Source of the DNA: a virus
Lineage: Duplodnaviria > Caudoviricetes
Length of the DNA: 64,000 nt
Strand: one strand, 5' to 3'
Virus record (IMG/VR): IMGVR_UViG_3300020281_000001
Span: 1,442 to 65,441 of that record
Below, in pieces: positions 53,589 through 61,846 of the stretch. The notes beneath the pieces were generated by a model that saw only the letters and a list, made by a program, of their open reading frames with translations, did not search any database and was not told the DNA's origin. The position numbers and the translations under genes were made by a program. How positions within the stretch are numbered: position 1 is the stretch's first letter; every line of letters begins with the position of its first letter.

Positions 53589-53809
53589 TTATTTAATTTC
53601 TCAAACTTTTTAAGTTTTTTAGAATATTTTTGTATTAATTCAGCTTTACGTTTCACATTATCCCAATGATATAGTTGGTCCATGCCAAACATATTTGTAT
53701 TATTACTAACATTTTTTAATACATAATTAGTTATGTCTAATCTAAGTTGATATATAGATTTCCATAAATATTCCCTATGTTCTGCTCTTCTGTTTCTTAT
53801 TTTTAACAT
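53585..53809 (-). CDS. Hypothetical protein
   Basis: ORF in the early cluster. Confidence 0.6.
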   Translation of the reverse strand: MLKIRNRRAEHREYLWKSIYQLRLDITNYVLKNVSNNTNMFGMDQLYHWDNVKRKAELIQKYSKKLKKFEKLNK

Positions 53810-53897
53810 TTTTTTTAGTTTTACGTTTATCGTTTATATTAAATAAATTTACTTTAATTAAATGTTTATATAATTGAGTTCTTGACATATAATAATT

Positions 53898-54146
53898 TTA
53901 TATATTATCTAACTTATTATTTAAGATTTCTAATTTTCTTTTAATAATCGTCGCTTTTTTATAATCTTCCTTATCAACATACTTACTAAGTAAATGATTT
54001 AATCTATCAATTTCCATAGCCAAGACCTCCTTTTCAGAAGGTCTATATATTTCTAAGGTTTCATGGTTGTCATAATAGTTAACTATTTTATCTAGTACTA
54101 TTTCTGCAACTCTATGAGCTAGAGTTTCTAACTCCTTGTTAGTCAT
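53898..54146 (-). CDS. Hypothetical protein with a UVR-like helical hairpin
   Basis: LLSKYVDKEDYKKATIIKRKLE resembles the UvrB/UvrC motif. Confidence 0.6.
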   Translation of the reverse strand: MTNKELETLAHRVAEIVLDKIVNYYDNHETLEIYRPSEKEVLAMEIDRLNHLLSKYVDKEDYKKATIIKRKLEILNNKLDNI

Positions 54147-54591
54147 TATTTTTTAATTTATATTTTTTAATTAATTCATCAGCTGTACCTACAAAGATAC
54201 ATTCTTTTTGCCATACATTATATATAGAGATGTAAGTTTCTTCACCATCTTTCGGATATAAAGTATAAATAAATTCTTCACCATAATCACCGATTTCACC
54301 ATCACACTCATATAAATATGAATTACCAACTCTATCTTTAAATTTGTTTACTAGTTGCGCCGCGAAACAACCCGGACCATTAGCAAACTCACCCATTTTA
54401 ACTTTGCCTGATATTCCATTACCCATTTTTATAGGCCCTGCAAACTCAGCAAGCTTGACACCTACCCATTCAGGATAACCATCATATTGTTGATACATAT
54501 TTACTATTGCTTTTTTAGGCATTTTATGGCCTTCTGCAAATGATATACCTTTTTGTCTTGGTATTACTCTAGTTAAACTTCTTGTTCCCAT
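54139..54591 (-). CDS. Conserved phage protein (MGTRS...YxxxDGYP family)
   Basis: True start is likely MGTRSLT at 54591; the longer listed ORF runs through the tRNA. Confidence 0.75.
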   Translation of the reverse strand: MGTRSLTRVIPRQKGISFAEGHKMPKKAIVNMYQQYDGYPEWVGVKLAEFAGPIKMGNGISGKVKMGEFANGPGCFAAQLVNKFKDRVGNSYLYECDGEIGDYGEEFIYTLYPKDGEETYISIYNVWQKECIFVGTADELIKKYKLKNND

Positions 54592-54611
54592 TATATTTGA
54601 TTTAAAATTAG

Positions 54612-54684
<73 letters not shown>

Positions 54685-54690
54685 ATATTT

Positions 54691-54850
54691 TGGAGACGAA
54701 TGAAACAGGAATGATTTCGTGGTCGCGACTATCACTACTTTCTGTTTATATCATCTTTCCGACCTACAACCTAATTCACTGTGGGCTCACTTCTGAACGA
54801 AGTTACATCGCCTCCCTTAGATTATCTACAGCCGTTCCTGACTATCTCCA
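54691..54850 (-). ncRNA. Candidate ~160-nt structured RNA between a promoter and the tRNA
   Basis: Closing helices TGGAGA/TCTCCA and CAGGAA/TTCCTG, internal hairpins, GC-rich, no credible ORF. Confidence 0.6.
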
Positions 54851-54865
54851 TATTTTTTACATTTA

Positions 54866-54894
54866 TATTATCTATTTATCTTCGTATTTACTTT
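54866..54894 (-). promoter_or_regulatory. Phage promoter motif copy (AAAGTAAATACG-N9-AGATAATA)
   Basis: 8-copy motif; upstream of the ncRNA and tRNA. Confidence 0.75.
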
Positions 54895-55153
54895 GAAGCT
54901 CATTCCAAACATCGTATTCAGGATTTTCTGGTTCATCGTTATGAAGTAAATTTAAAATATATTTCCATGTTTTAAGATCTCGTTTATATGAGTTTAAACC
55001 TTTTTCTAATAGTTCTATACTTATTCTTCCATCATCAGAGCCATTTGCTATCTCTTGCATTGTTCTTTGTATATCATCTTTTAAATAATATATTTTAGCA
55101 TGAGCTTTGTTTATTGCTCTGGTTTTTATTTCCTCATCTATATTTTTATCCAT
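54872..55153 (-). CDS. Helical hypothetical protein
   Basis: ORF in the early cluster. Confidence 0.65.
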   Translation of the reverse strand: MDKNIDEEIKTRAINKAHAKIYYLKDDIQRTMQEIANGSDDGRISIELLEKGLNSYKRDLKTWKYILNLLHNDEPENPEYDVWNELQSKYEDK

Positions 55154-55291
55154 GTTAGTCCTTTTAAATTAAACCATTTATTAATTCCTTTAATCTGAAT
55201 TACATTGTTTTCTTCATCTAATTCTTCTCTGATTTTATATCCAAACGATGGAGGTAAATCACCTAATAAATATCCTTTATATTTTCCTTTA

Positions 55292-55804
55292 TTAGTTTTT
55301 AGTATTGTTTTGTTTATCATTATATTTTTTATTCTTATCATCAACTATTGTTTTAAGCTGATCTCTGAGCCTTTTTTCAAACTTATGACCCATACTACCT
55401 AACTTAGTTAATATTGTGTTAGTGAACCTATAAAGCTCCTTATTTTGTAAAAGCTTTATCCTGTATCTATCTTTATAAAAACCTTCAGGTTCTTGATACT
55501 TTTTATTAGATTTAATTCTATTCTGTAAACGTGTTTTTAAAGTAGTATAGACTAAGAAATATTCTTTTTCCCAAAACTCATTAATGATATTGTCAAATGT
55601 TTTAAGGCCATGAAGCACTGTTGCATGATCTTTATTTACTTGTTTACCAATTGACTCTAATGACTCATAGGTCAAGTCTCTACATAATCTGTAATAAATA
55701 CACCTCATATAGATTACATCTCTTTTCCTAGTTTTAATGTCAATTGATCTATTAAATGCACTTTCAACAGACTTTTTAATTGTGATAGAGCTTATTGTTT
55801 TCAT
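55292..55804 (-). CDS. Stand-alone DnaA domain IV-like DNA-binding protein
   Basis: TRKRDVIYMR...SLESIGKQVNKDHATVLHG matches the DnaA C-terminal signature. Confidence 0.8.
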   Translation of the reverse strand: MKTISSITIKKSVESAFNRSIDIKTRKRDVIYMRCIYYRLCRDLTYESLESIGKQVNKDHATVLHGLKTFDNIINEFWEKEYFLVYTTLKTRLQNRIKSNKKYQEPEGFYKDRYRIKLLQNKELYRFTNTILTKLGSMGHKFEKRLRDQLKTIVDDKNKKYNDKQNNTKN

Positions 55805-56193
55805 TATTATATTTTCTATTTTTAATTTGATTTTTTATATATATTTCAGCTTGTGATTTAGTGCTGAAATCTTTATAACCGAAAAATATAGGACCATCTT
55901 TCCACATGGCCCTATATTCATTATTAATTGTTGTTTTAATACAATACCTCATAGCTTTACATCGCCTTCAGGTGGATACTCAAATTTATTTCTACGTCTT
56001 TTGCTCGGATCTTTTTCTTTAGGTATTTTATAACCTACAATTGGGTTGATACCTAGATCCCACCAATTATCCGGTAATTTTCTATTTGTCATTTTGTAAT
56101 TCTTTTAGTTTTTCTTTAAATATTATTATTATTTGTTCTCTTGACATTGTTGTATGTTCAAGCCAATATAAGACTTCTTGAATACAGTCTATT

Positions 56194-56448
56194 TCAGATC
56201 TCTCCATAGTCTTTACTTCTAATTAAGTTGTTAAACTCTATTGGATGCATTGATTTAATTGATTTGACAATAGCTCTGTTAAAGTCTCTTGATCTTCGCC
56301 TGTAGTCTTCACTTGTACACCACTTAATCCAAGATCTTGATCTAGTGCAAGAACGATACTTAGCCTCATAGGCCAAGCATCTATCTAATTGCTCTTGCAT
56401 TTCTTCTACGGTTTTACCGTTTGCATATTTGTTGTTGTCTACTTTCAT
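56194..56448 (-). CDS. Early hypothetical protein
   Basis: ORF in the early cluster. Confidence 0.6.
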   Translation of the reverse strand: MKVDNNKYANGKTVEEMQEQLDRCLAYEAKYRSCTRSRSWIKWCTSEDYRRRSRDFNRAIVKSIKSMHPIEFNNLIRSKDYGEI

Positions 56449-56569
56449 TATATACTTTTAACAACCTCAATCATTGCAATCAACCATAATGGTGATACAA
56501 TAATAAATGCTATGATTCTTATTTTATTTATTAGTTTATTCATATTTTATTTTATTTAATTTATATCTA

Positions 56570-56598
56570 TATTATCTATGTTGTAACGTATTTACTTT
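56570..56598 (-). promoter_or_regulatory. Phage promoter motif copy
   Basis: AAAGTAAATACG-N9-AGATAATA. Confidence 0.75.
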
Positions 56599-56757
56599 GA
56601 CTCAACCCAGTTTATTAATGTTCGTTTACAAGCTTCTCTTTGATCTTCATTGAGATCATAGTATCCATCACAATCAAATTTATGTTTTGCAATACCATGT
56701 AATCCTATTTCAATATAAGCTCTATAACTATTTAGATTTTTCAATTGTTCATTCATT

Positions 56758-56997
56758 TTATTTATTTTGAGGCCAATATTCATCTTTCCACTGACCGTTT
56801 TCAATTACAGTCAAACCAAGTTCACTTGCTGCATAATTAATATGCTTGGTAGTTGTTGGGCTTGACGTCATACCTCTTACATTCCATTTAAGTTTGTAAA
56901 GATAGTCTCCAATTATCTCAGCAACGTGTGTATCATATGAATATATGTCGTTACCGATTTGTTTTAAATTTACTTTATATCTATCAAAAGTTTTCAT
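56758..56997 (-). CDS. Early hypothetical protein (YSYxTxVA...SxTTxKHIN family)
   Basis: Motif common among small phage early proteins. Confidence 0.7.
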   Translation of the reverse strand: MKTFDRYKVNLKQIGNDIYSYDTHVAEIIGDYLYKLKWNVRGMTSSPTTTKHINYAASELGLTVIENGQWKDEYWPQNK

Positions 56998-57187
56998 ATT
57001 ATTTATATTTTTGAATTAATTTATTTATATCTTTTAAGTTTGAAAAATGATAATGATATATAATTTCTTTTTTATAATTGAAGACAGTGAAGTCATACAT
57101 TTTAAATTTTGATGAATAATATATTTCAAATGATGTTTGTGTTTTTGGGTTTGAGTTAAAGTAGTTGTTCATGTTTTTATTTTAACA

Positions 57188-57216
57188 TATTATCTACATT
57201 ATAACGTATTTAGTTT
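57188..57216 (-). promoter_or_regulatory. Phage promoter motif copy
   Basis: AAACTAAATACG-N9-AGATAATA. Confidence 0.8.
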
Positions 57217-57224
57217 GTATTGTT

Positions 57225-57599
57225 TTATATTATACCTTTATCTAATTTAACTTGTGTTTCATTTATATTTTCTTCTATCCACTCAAGGACTTCATCTTCA
57301 GGTAAAAACTTATCTAAATCTGATATATGTATTTTAACATCAAATCCAACATCTTGAACTGTTTCAACTATCCTTTTTATTACAGTTTCAAAACTAGGTT
57401 CATAGTAATAAACATCTGTTTCCCAATTAATATTAGTTGTGTCATTTGTTATTATATGCACTTCATAATCATCAGCTGTGTACCATGGCTCAACTGATAG
57501 ATTTCCAGCTCGCCAACCAAAAGATTGATCTGCTATTTGTATTTCATTTACTTCATAAACATCTTCTAGATGCTTTATTAATTTTTCTATATGATCCAT
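57225..57599 (-). CDS. Acidic early hypothetical protein
   Basis: 124 aa, D/E-rich. Confidence 0.7.
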   Translation of the reverse strand: MDHIEKLIKHLEDVYEVNEIQIADQSFGWRAGNLSVEPWYTADDYEVHIITNDTTNINWETDVYYYEPSFETVIKRIVETVQDVGFDVKIHISDLDKFLPEDEVLEWIEENINETQVKLDKGII

Positions 57600-57799
57600 T
57601 ATAATTCTATTTTATTTATTAATTTATATATTTTATCTATTTTTTCTATTAATTCTTCTTTAGTGTATATACTATCAACATATTTTATATCTTGTTTAAG
57701 ACATGATACTTTTGCTAATATTACACCAATTGCCTTACATCTTTCATAATTTTTTTCTGTTTCTTCGTAGTATAATTCTTGATAAATGTTTTTTTTCAT
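57599..57799 (-). CDS. Early hypothetical protein
   Basis: Downstream of a promoter copy; coupled to the next gene. Confidence 0.65.
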   Translation of the reverse strand: MKKNIYQELYYEETEKNYERCKAIGVILAKVSCLKQDIKYVDSIYTKEELIEKIDKIYKLINKIEL

Positions 57800-57816
57800 T
57801 GTGTTTTATTTAATTA

Positions 57817-57845
57817 TATTATCTTGTTATTTAAGTATTTAGTTT
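57817..57845 (-). promoter_or_regulatory. Phage promoter motif copy
   Basis: AAACTAAATACT-N9-AGATAATA. Confidence 0.75.
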
Positions 57846-57848
57846 GTA

Positions 57849-58019
57849 TTATCCTATTAATTCTAATTGTTTTTTAATTTGTTTTAAAGCTTTGTGACTT
57901 GCTTTTGCATTTTGCCAAATTTCATAATCCGCTTTTAATTTCTCTAGTTGGTGTATAGTAACTTTTGCATTTAATAATATGTCTTGTGCTTGTTTTCTAT
58001 TTATTTTTTTAGTTGTCAT
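57849..58019 (-). CDS. 56-aa early protein; not in the ORF track
   Basis: MTTKKINRKQAQDILLNAKVT...; A-rich leader. Confidence 0.55.
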   Translation of the reverse strand: MTTKKINRKQAQDILLNAKVTIHQLEKLKADYEIWQNAKASHKALKQIKKQLELIG

Positions 58020-58126
58020 ATTTTTATTTATTTATTAATTTTAATAATATATCTCTTAAATCTTCTCTATAATCATTAGTGTTTAAATAATCATATAAAT
58101 GTTCAATTAATATTTTTTTATCTTTT

Positions 58127-58285
58127 TTATTCATATATTCTAATGTCTTTAAGATGTATTTTAAATATATTTGACATTGTATCTGTTATTGTTTCTTTAG
58201 TGTTATCATTATAAATGAGATTTAAATTCCATTTGTTAATTAATAACGATCCAGTTATATTCCAATCAATTACTTTTTTATTCAT
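58127..58285 (-). CDS. Early hypothetical protein
   Basis: Likely start MNKKVIDWN at 58285; the longer listed ORF overlaps the tRNA-like RNA. Confidence 0.5.
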   Translation of the reverse strand: MNKKVIDWNITGSLLINKWNLNLIYNDNTKETITDTMSNIFKIHLKDIRIYE

Positions 58286-58300
58286 ATTATTATATTTTAG

Positions 58301-58364
58301 TGAGTGAGGTGGGAATCGAACCCACAAATCGCATGTCTGGTCGGCGTGCTCCAAGTGCTCACTC
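58301..58364 (-). ncRNA. 64-nt tRNA-like RNA (intact acceptor stem and T arm, reduced D/anticodon region)
   Basis: GAGTGAG/CTCACTC-A and GTGGG-TTCGATT-CCCAC; only 32 nt between them. Confidence 0.75.
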
Positions 58365-58369
58365 GTGTA

Positions 58370-58398
58370 TATTATCTAGTTGAAATCGTTTTTAGTTA
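58370..58398 (-). promoter_or_regulatory. Phage promoter motif copy
   Basis: TAACTAAAAACG-N9-AGATAATA; ends 5 nt before the tRNA-like RNA. Confidence 0.75.
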
Positions 58399-58536
58399 AA
58401 CTATTGAATAATATATTTCGTTTAAATTATAATATTCTTTTATTTCACTTTCGATCATTTCTTTGTCATTTGACCCAATTAAATATAATTCGTCAATATA
58501 ATTATTATTTTGTTGATTATAAATTTTAATAGTCAT
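58396..58536 (-). CDS. 46-aa first leftward early protein; not in the ORF track
   Basis: MTIKIYNQQNNNYIDELYLIG...; follows the promoter copy at 58564. Confidence 0.5.
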   Translation of the reverse strand: MTIKIYNQQNNNYIDELYLIGSNDKEMIESEIKEYYNLNEIYYSIV

Positions 58537-58563
58537 TTTATAATTTTTATTTATTTTCGTTTA

Positions 58564-58592
58564 TATTATCTTATATATTTCGTATTTAGTTT
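58564..58592 (-). promoter_or_regulatory. Phage promoter motif copy
   Basis: AAACTAAATACG-N9-AGATAATA. Confidence 0.8.
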
Positions 58593-58716
58593 AAAGGTGT
58601 AATTTTATTTATTAATATAAATTTATTAAATAGTATACCGCGTGACACATTGTCATATAAAATACTTTTTATTGTCATATTGTCATTACGAGATTTTAAA
58701 ACAAAATACATCTTTA

Positions 58717-58745
58717 TATTATCTACATAATATCGTTTTTAGTTT
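58717..58745 (-). promoter_or_regulatory. Phage promoter motif copy
   Basis: AAACTAAAAACG-N9-AGATAATA. Confidence 0.75.
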
Positions 58746-58766
58746 GTCGCCAGCCAAAAACCATGC

Positions 58767-58796
58767 CAAACCTATAAAATATGACAAATTGTCAAA
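58767..58796 (-). promoter_or_regulatory. Candidate Bacteroidota housekeeping promoter TTTG-N18-TAGGTTTG
   Basis: Matches the -33 TTTG / -7 TAnnTTTG consensus and points into the early arm. Confidence 0.45.
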
Positions 58797-58852
58797 ACTT
58801 TTTGTCAAAATGTCACAAAAAAGGGGGCCCTGGGCCAAAACAAAGTCGTTTA

Positions 58853-58881
58853 CGTAAAGTGTTGATAGTCAGTAAGTTACG
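58853..58881. promoter_or_regulatory. Palindrome CGTAA-N5-TGA-N3-TCA-N5-TTACG containing an IHF-consensus site
   Basis: Minus strand reads TATCAA-CACT-TTA = WATCAANNNNTTR. Confidence 0.5.
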
Positions 58882-58928
58882 CGGAATGCAAATACTCTAT
58901 GCTTATAACCACTAAATACGAGCAAGTG

Positions 58929-58974
58929 GTGACACTAGCTACTAATGATACTAAGAGTAACTACCTTATGTCAC
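58929..58974. promoter_or_regulatory. Dyad GTGACACTAGCT-N21-TACCTTATGTCAC (copy 2)
   Basis: Near-identical arms to 53541-53588. Confidence 0.65.
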
Positions 58975-59056
58975 CTTTATAGTAAATAAACTAGCTTTTG
59001 CGTAAAAACTGTGTGTTTTCTGTAAGTATATTAAGTATACACAAACGTAAAAAATT

Positions 59057-59161
59057 ATGGCGACAGATATATATATAGGAAGCATACAACCAACTGCATT
59101 TTACGTAGGTACAGATGCAATAAGTGAGATTTATATAGGTGACATACTAGTTTATTCATAA
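59057..59161 (+). CDS. 34-aa tail-fibre-associated peptide; not in the ORF track
   Basis: MATDIYIGSIQPTAFYVGTDAISEIYIGDILVYS: three IYxG repeats; abuts the next ATG. Confidence 0.7.
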   Translation: MATDIYIGSIQPTAFYVGTDAISEIYIGDILVYS

Positions 59162-61840
59162 ATGGCCATTATATATAAGTATCCTTCGGATGAAATTACT
59201 CTAAATGATTACCTAATTGGGACAGATCAAAGCGAAGAAAACGTAACACGTAGTTTTAAAGTATCTGAAGTGGTTAATACTATTTTAGCTTCACTGAATA
59301 ATAGCACAGTAACATCGGTAACTGGGGCTGATTCAAAATTTATATCATTTACAGGCGGGCCTATTACAACGTCGGGTACCCTTACTGCGAGTCTGTCTGC
59401 CACCGGCACTCCCTCATCACTCACCTACTTGAGAGGAGATGGGACTTGGGCACTACCGGGTCCCACGCCAACGGACATTACCACAATAACAAGTGGTAAT
59501 ACATTAACCACCGATACAGAATCTTGGAATTTTACTGGTACAGGCGTTACAGCTAATGTATCTAGTAATGATCAAGTAACTGTTGACATACCAGGTGTAG
59601 GTACTTTTGTAGATTCTGTTTTAGACGGAATAGGTATTACAACAACAGGTGATACAACAACAAACCCATCAACTGGTAATGTTACAATAACTAATAACTT
59701 GTATCAATTAAGAGCTGGTGGTAACACAACGTTGTCTAGCACAACAGGTAATATAACAATAAGTACGGTTAAAAATGCTGGTACTGTAATTTCTGTAAAT
59801 TCATCTATAGGTACAGAAGTAACAGATGCAACTACAAACGCAAAACTTGAAATTGATTTAACAGGTAGTAATAATTATATTAGAACAGTTAACGAAGAAG
59901 GTGGACAAGATGTTTTTGCAACAATAACAGAAGATGATTTATTACCATATAATCAATTAACATCTAGTAATGTTAAAACCAGTAGAGCAGGTAATATAAC
60001 ACAAGACATGCTTTCTGCAATCAAAACATATATTGATAACGCAGATAAAAATAAAGTGGCTAACGTAGAGCCAAGTGGTTATACAACTACAGCTAAGGCA
60101 ATGCAAATGGTAACGCTTACTATTACAGAATATAACCAAATAGTAACAAAAGATCCTAATACTATATATTTAATTGTAGGTGCAGGTACAGCACACACTG
60201 TAACACTTAATAGAATTTTAAATATAACAGATACAGGTACCGGTGGAACAGCAAGCCCATCAAATTATAATGTAAGTACAACAATTAATAGTAATCCAGG
60301 TACATCTATAACTGGTGTTAATGGTACGCCTTATAATTTTGCAACATCATTTACAGCTTTAAACGGATATAGCATTTCATCAGGCCCTACGTTTTCACCT
60401 ACAACACCTATAACAGGTACTATAAGTGGTAGTGCTACACTTAACCAAACAATAACAGCAAGTATAACTCCACCTATAAGTAGTTGTACAATGAGTGTAC
60501 AGGTAGTTAATGTAATCAGTGGTAATGCAGCAGGTACTGCAACAATAACCCCACCATCTCCATTAACAGATACTACGTCTTGTGGAGGTACAAGTACATT
60601 TAATGCATCAGCTTCTTTTAATGCATCAGTTGCAAGCGGAAGTGTTGGTTGGTCAACAAGTCCAACTGGTCCATTTGTAACCCCTGCTAGTTTATCGTTT
60701 ACTAATAATGGACAATCAAATGAACCTATATATGTAGGTGGTTCTTTAAATTATATAAACTATAGTGTTGATTTAGTTGTAACCAATAATGTTACTGTAA
60801 CAGGATCAGGCGCTGGAACACCAACTTATACATTAGGTTTTACTGGTAATTCATCTCAATCTTCTAGTATTTCACAAGCAGGTGGAACAATAAGTGCCGC
60901 ACTAAGTGGTTTAACACAAGGTGCTTCTTATTCCTTTACACTAAATTCAAATCAACCTAGTATTAATGAAGCAAATTATGCTTGGACAACACCAATCACA
61001 GCTACGTTTACCCCATCAAGTGGAACAATAAGTGGTGCAAATGCAACTGTAAACGTTACATTAACTGGACAAATAACATATACACAACCACCTCAACTAC
61101 AATACAGAAAATTAGATGCAACAGCTGTAATGAATGCAGCTATATCAGGTAGTCAATATAGTTTAGTAAGTGCTGTGCAAACACCATCGCCTGCATCTTC
61201 AGGTACGTATACATATACAACACCTTCGTTTCAAGCTAGTGGTGGGTATTTCTTTAATCCTAGTGCACCTACAGTAAGCATGTCACCTATAGGTAGTAAT
61301 GGTACTGTTACGTTTAATGTAACTGGTGGTCAAAGTGGTAGTGGAACAAGCAGTGGTGATCCATTAATAGAAAATAATCCTACAATAACAGGTTCAGCTA
61401 CAATGACACCTATAACAGTGACTATAAAAGTAACTTATACTTTAAATAGTAATGCTACATATTCTGTACAATTCAATGGTGCAACATCACCTCCACCGTT
61501 TACCGTATATGGAAGCGGTAGTCAACAAACAACAAGTTTTGCAGTAACATCATCTAACACAGTTAGTTTCTCACTAAGCAGAACAGGTTCTTCTTGGTGT
61601 GATAGTACTAATACTTGTGTTGGAGGTCAACTTTATACACCAACTTGTGGTGCACAATATCAATGTCCAGCTTCTGTTCCTGAAGGTAGTGGATCTTGGC
61701 AAGCTAAATTAAATGGCACAGGAGTAAATCCTTATCTTGAAACATGGACAGCAGGTAGTACTAATTTAAGTTATAGATCAGGTCAATTTGCAGCAATGAA
61801 TAATAATGATACGTGTGAAATAGTAATAATAGAAAATTAA
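59162..61840 (+). CDS. Tail fibre/spike protein (MAIIYxYP family, paralog 1)
   Basis: T/S/G-rich; YLRGDGTW and TLTITEYNQIVTKDPNTIYLI motifs; Ig-like repeats. Confidence 0.8.
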   Translation: MAIIYKYPSDEITLNDYLIGTDQSEENVTRSFKVSEVVNTILASLNNSTVTSVTGADSKFISFTGGPITTSGTLTASLSATGTPSSLTYLRGDGTWALPGPTPTDITTITSGNTLTTDTESWNFTGTGVTANVSSNDQVTVDIPGVGTFVDSVLDGIGITTTGDTTTNPSTGNVTITNNLYQLRAGGNTTLSSTTGNITISTVKNAGTVISVNSSIGTEVTDATTNAKLEIDLTGSNNYIRTVNEEGGQDVFATITEDDLLPYNQLTSSNVKTSRAGNITQDMLSAIKTYIDNADKNKVANVEPSGYTTTAKAMQMVTLTITEYNQIVTKDPNTIYLIVGAGTAHTVTLNRILNITDTGTGGTASPSNYNVSTTINSNPGTSITGVNGTPYNFATSFTALNGYSISSGPTFSPTTPITGTISGSATLNQTITASITPPISSCTMSVQVVNVISGNAAGTATITPPSPLTDTTSCGGTSTFNASASFNASVASGSVGWSTSPTGPFVTPASLSFTNNGQSNEPIYVGGSLNYINYSVDLVVTNNVTVTGSGAGTPTYTLGFTGNSSQSSSISQAGGTISAALSGLTQGASYSFTLNSNQPSINEANYAWTTPITATFTPSSGTISGANATVNVTLTGQITYTQPPQLQYRKLDATAVMNAAISGSQYSLVSAVQTPSPASSGTYTYTTPSFQASGGYFFNPSAPTVSMSPIGSNGTVTFNVTGGQSGSGTSSGDPLIENNPTITGSATMTPITVTIKVTYTLNSNATYSVQFNGATSPPPFTVYGSGSQQTTSFAVTSSNTVSFSLSRTGSSWCDSTNTCVGGQLYTPTCGAQYQCPASVPEGSGSWQAKLNGTGVNPYLETWTAGSTNLSYRSGQFAAMNNNDTCEIVIIEN

Positions 61841-61846
61841 AAAAAT

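Larger units (their letters stand above)
58642..58815. repeat. Cluster of TGACA/TGTCA pentamers in the divergent intergenic region
   Basis: Eight copies at 58643, 58651, 58673, 58681, 58782, 58790, 58803 and 58811, as inverted and direct pairs. Confidence 0.7.

Noticed and set aside
58127-58354. 75-aa ORF as listed
   Set aside because: Its first 23 codons are the tRNA-like RNA; the better start is 58285.
56570-58745. CRISPR-like array
   Set aside because: The repeats are bipartite with a variable core, irregularly spaced and separated by genes; they fit promoters.
58642-58857. 71-aa plus-strand ORF in the intergenic region
   Set aside because: Overlaps repeats and promoters, has a GTG start without a typical leader, and shows no protein features.
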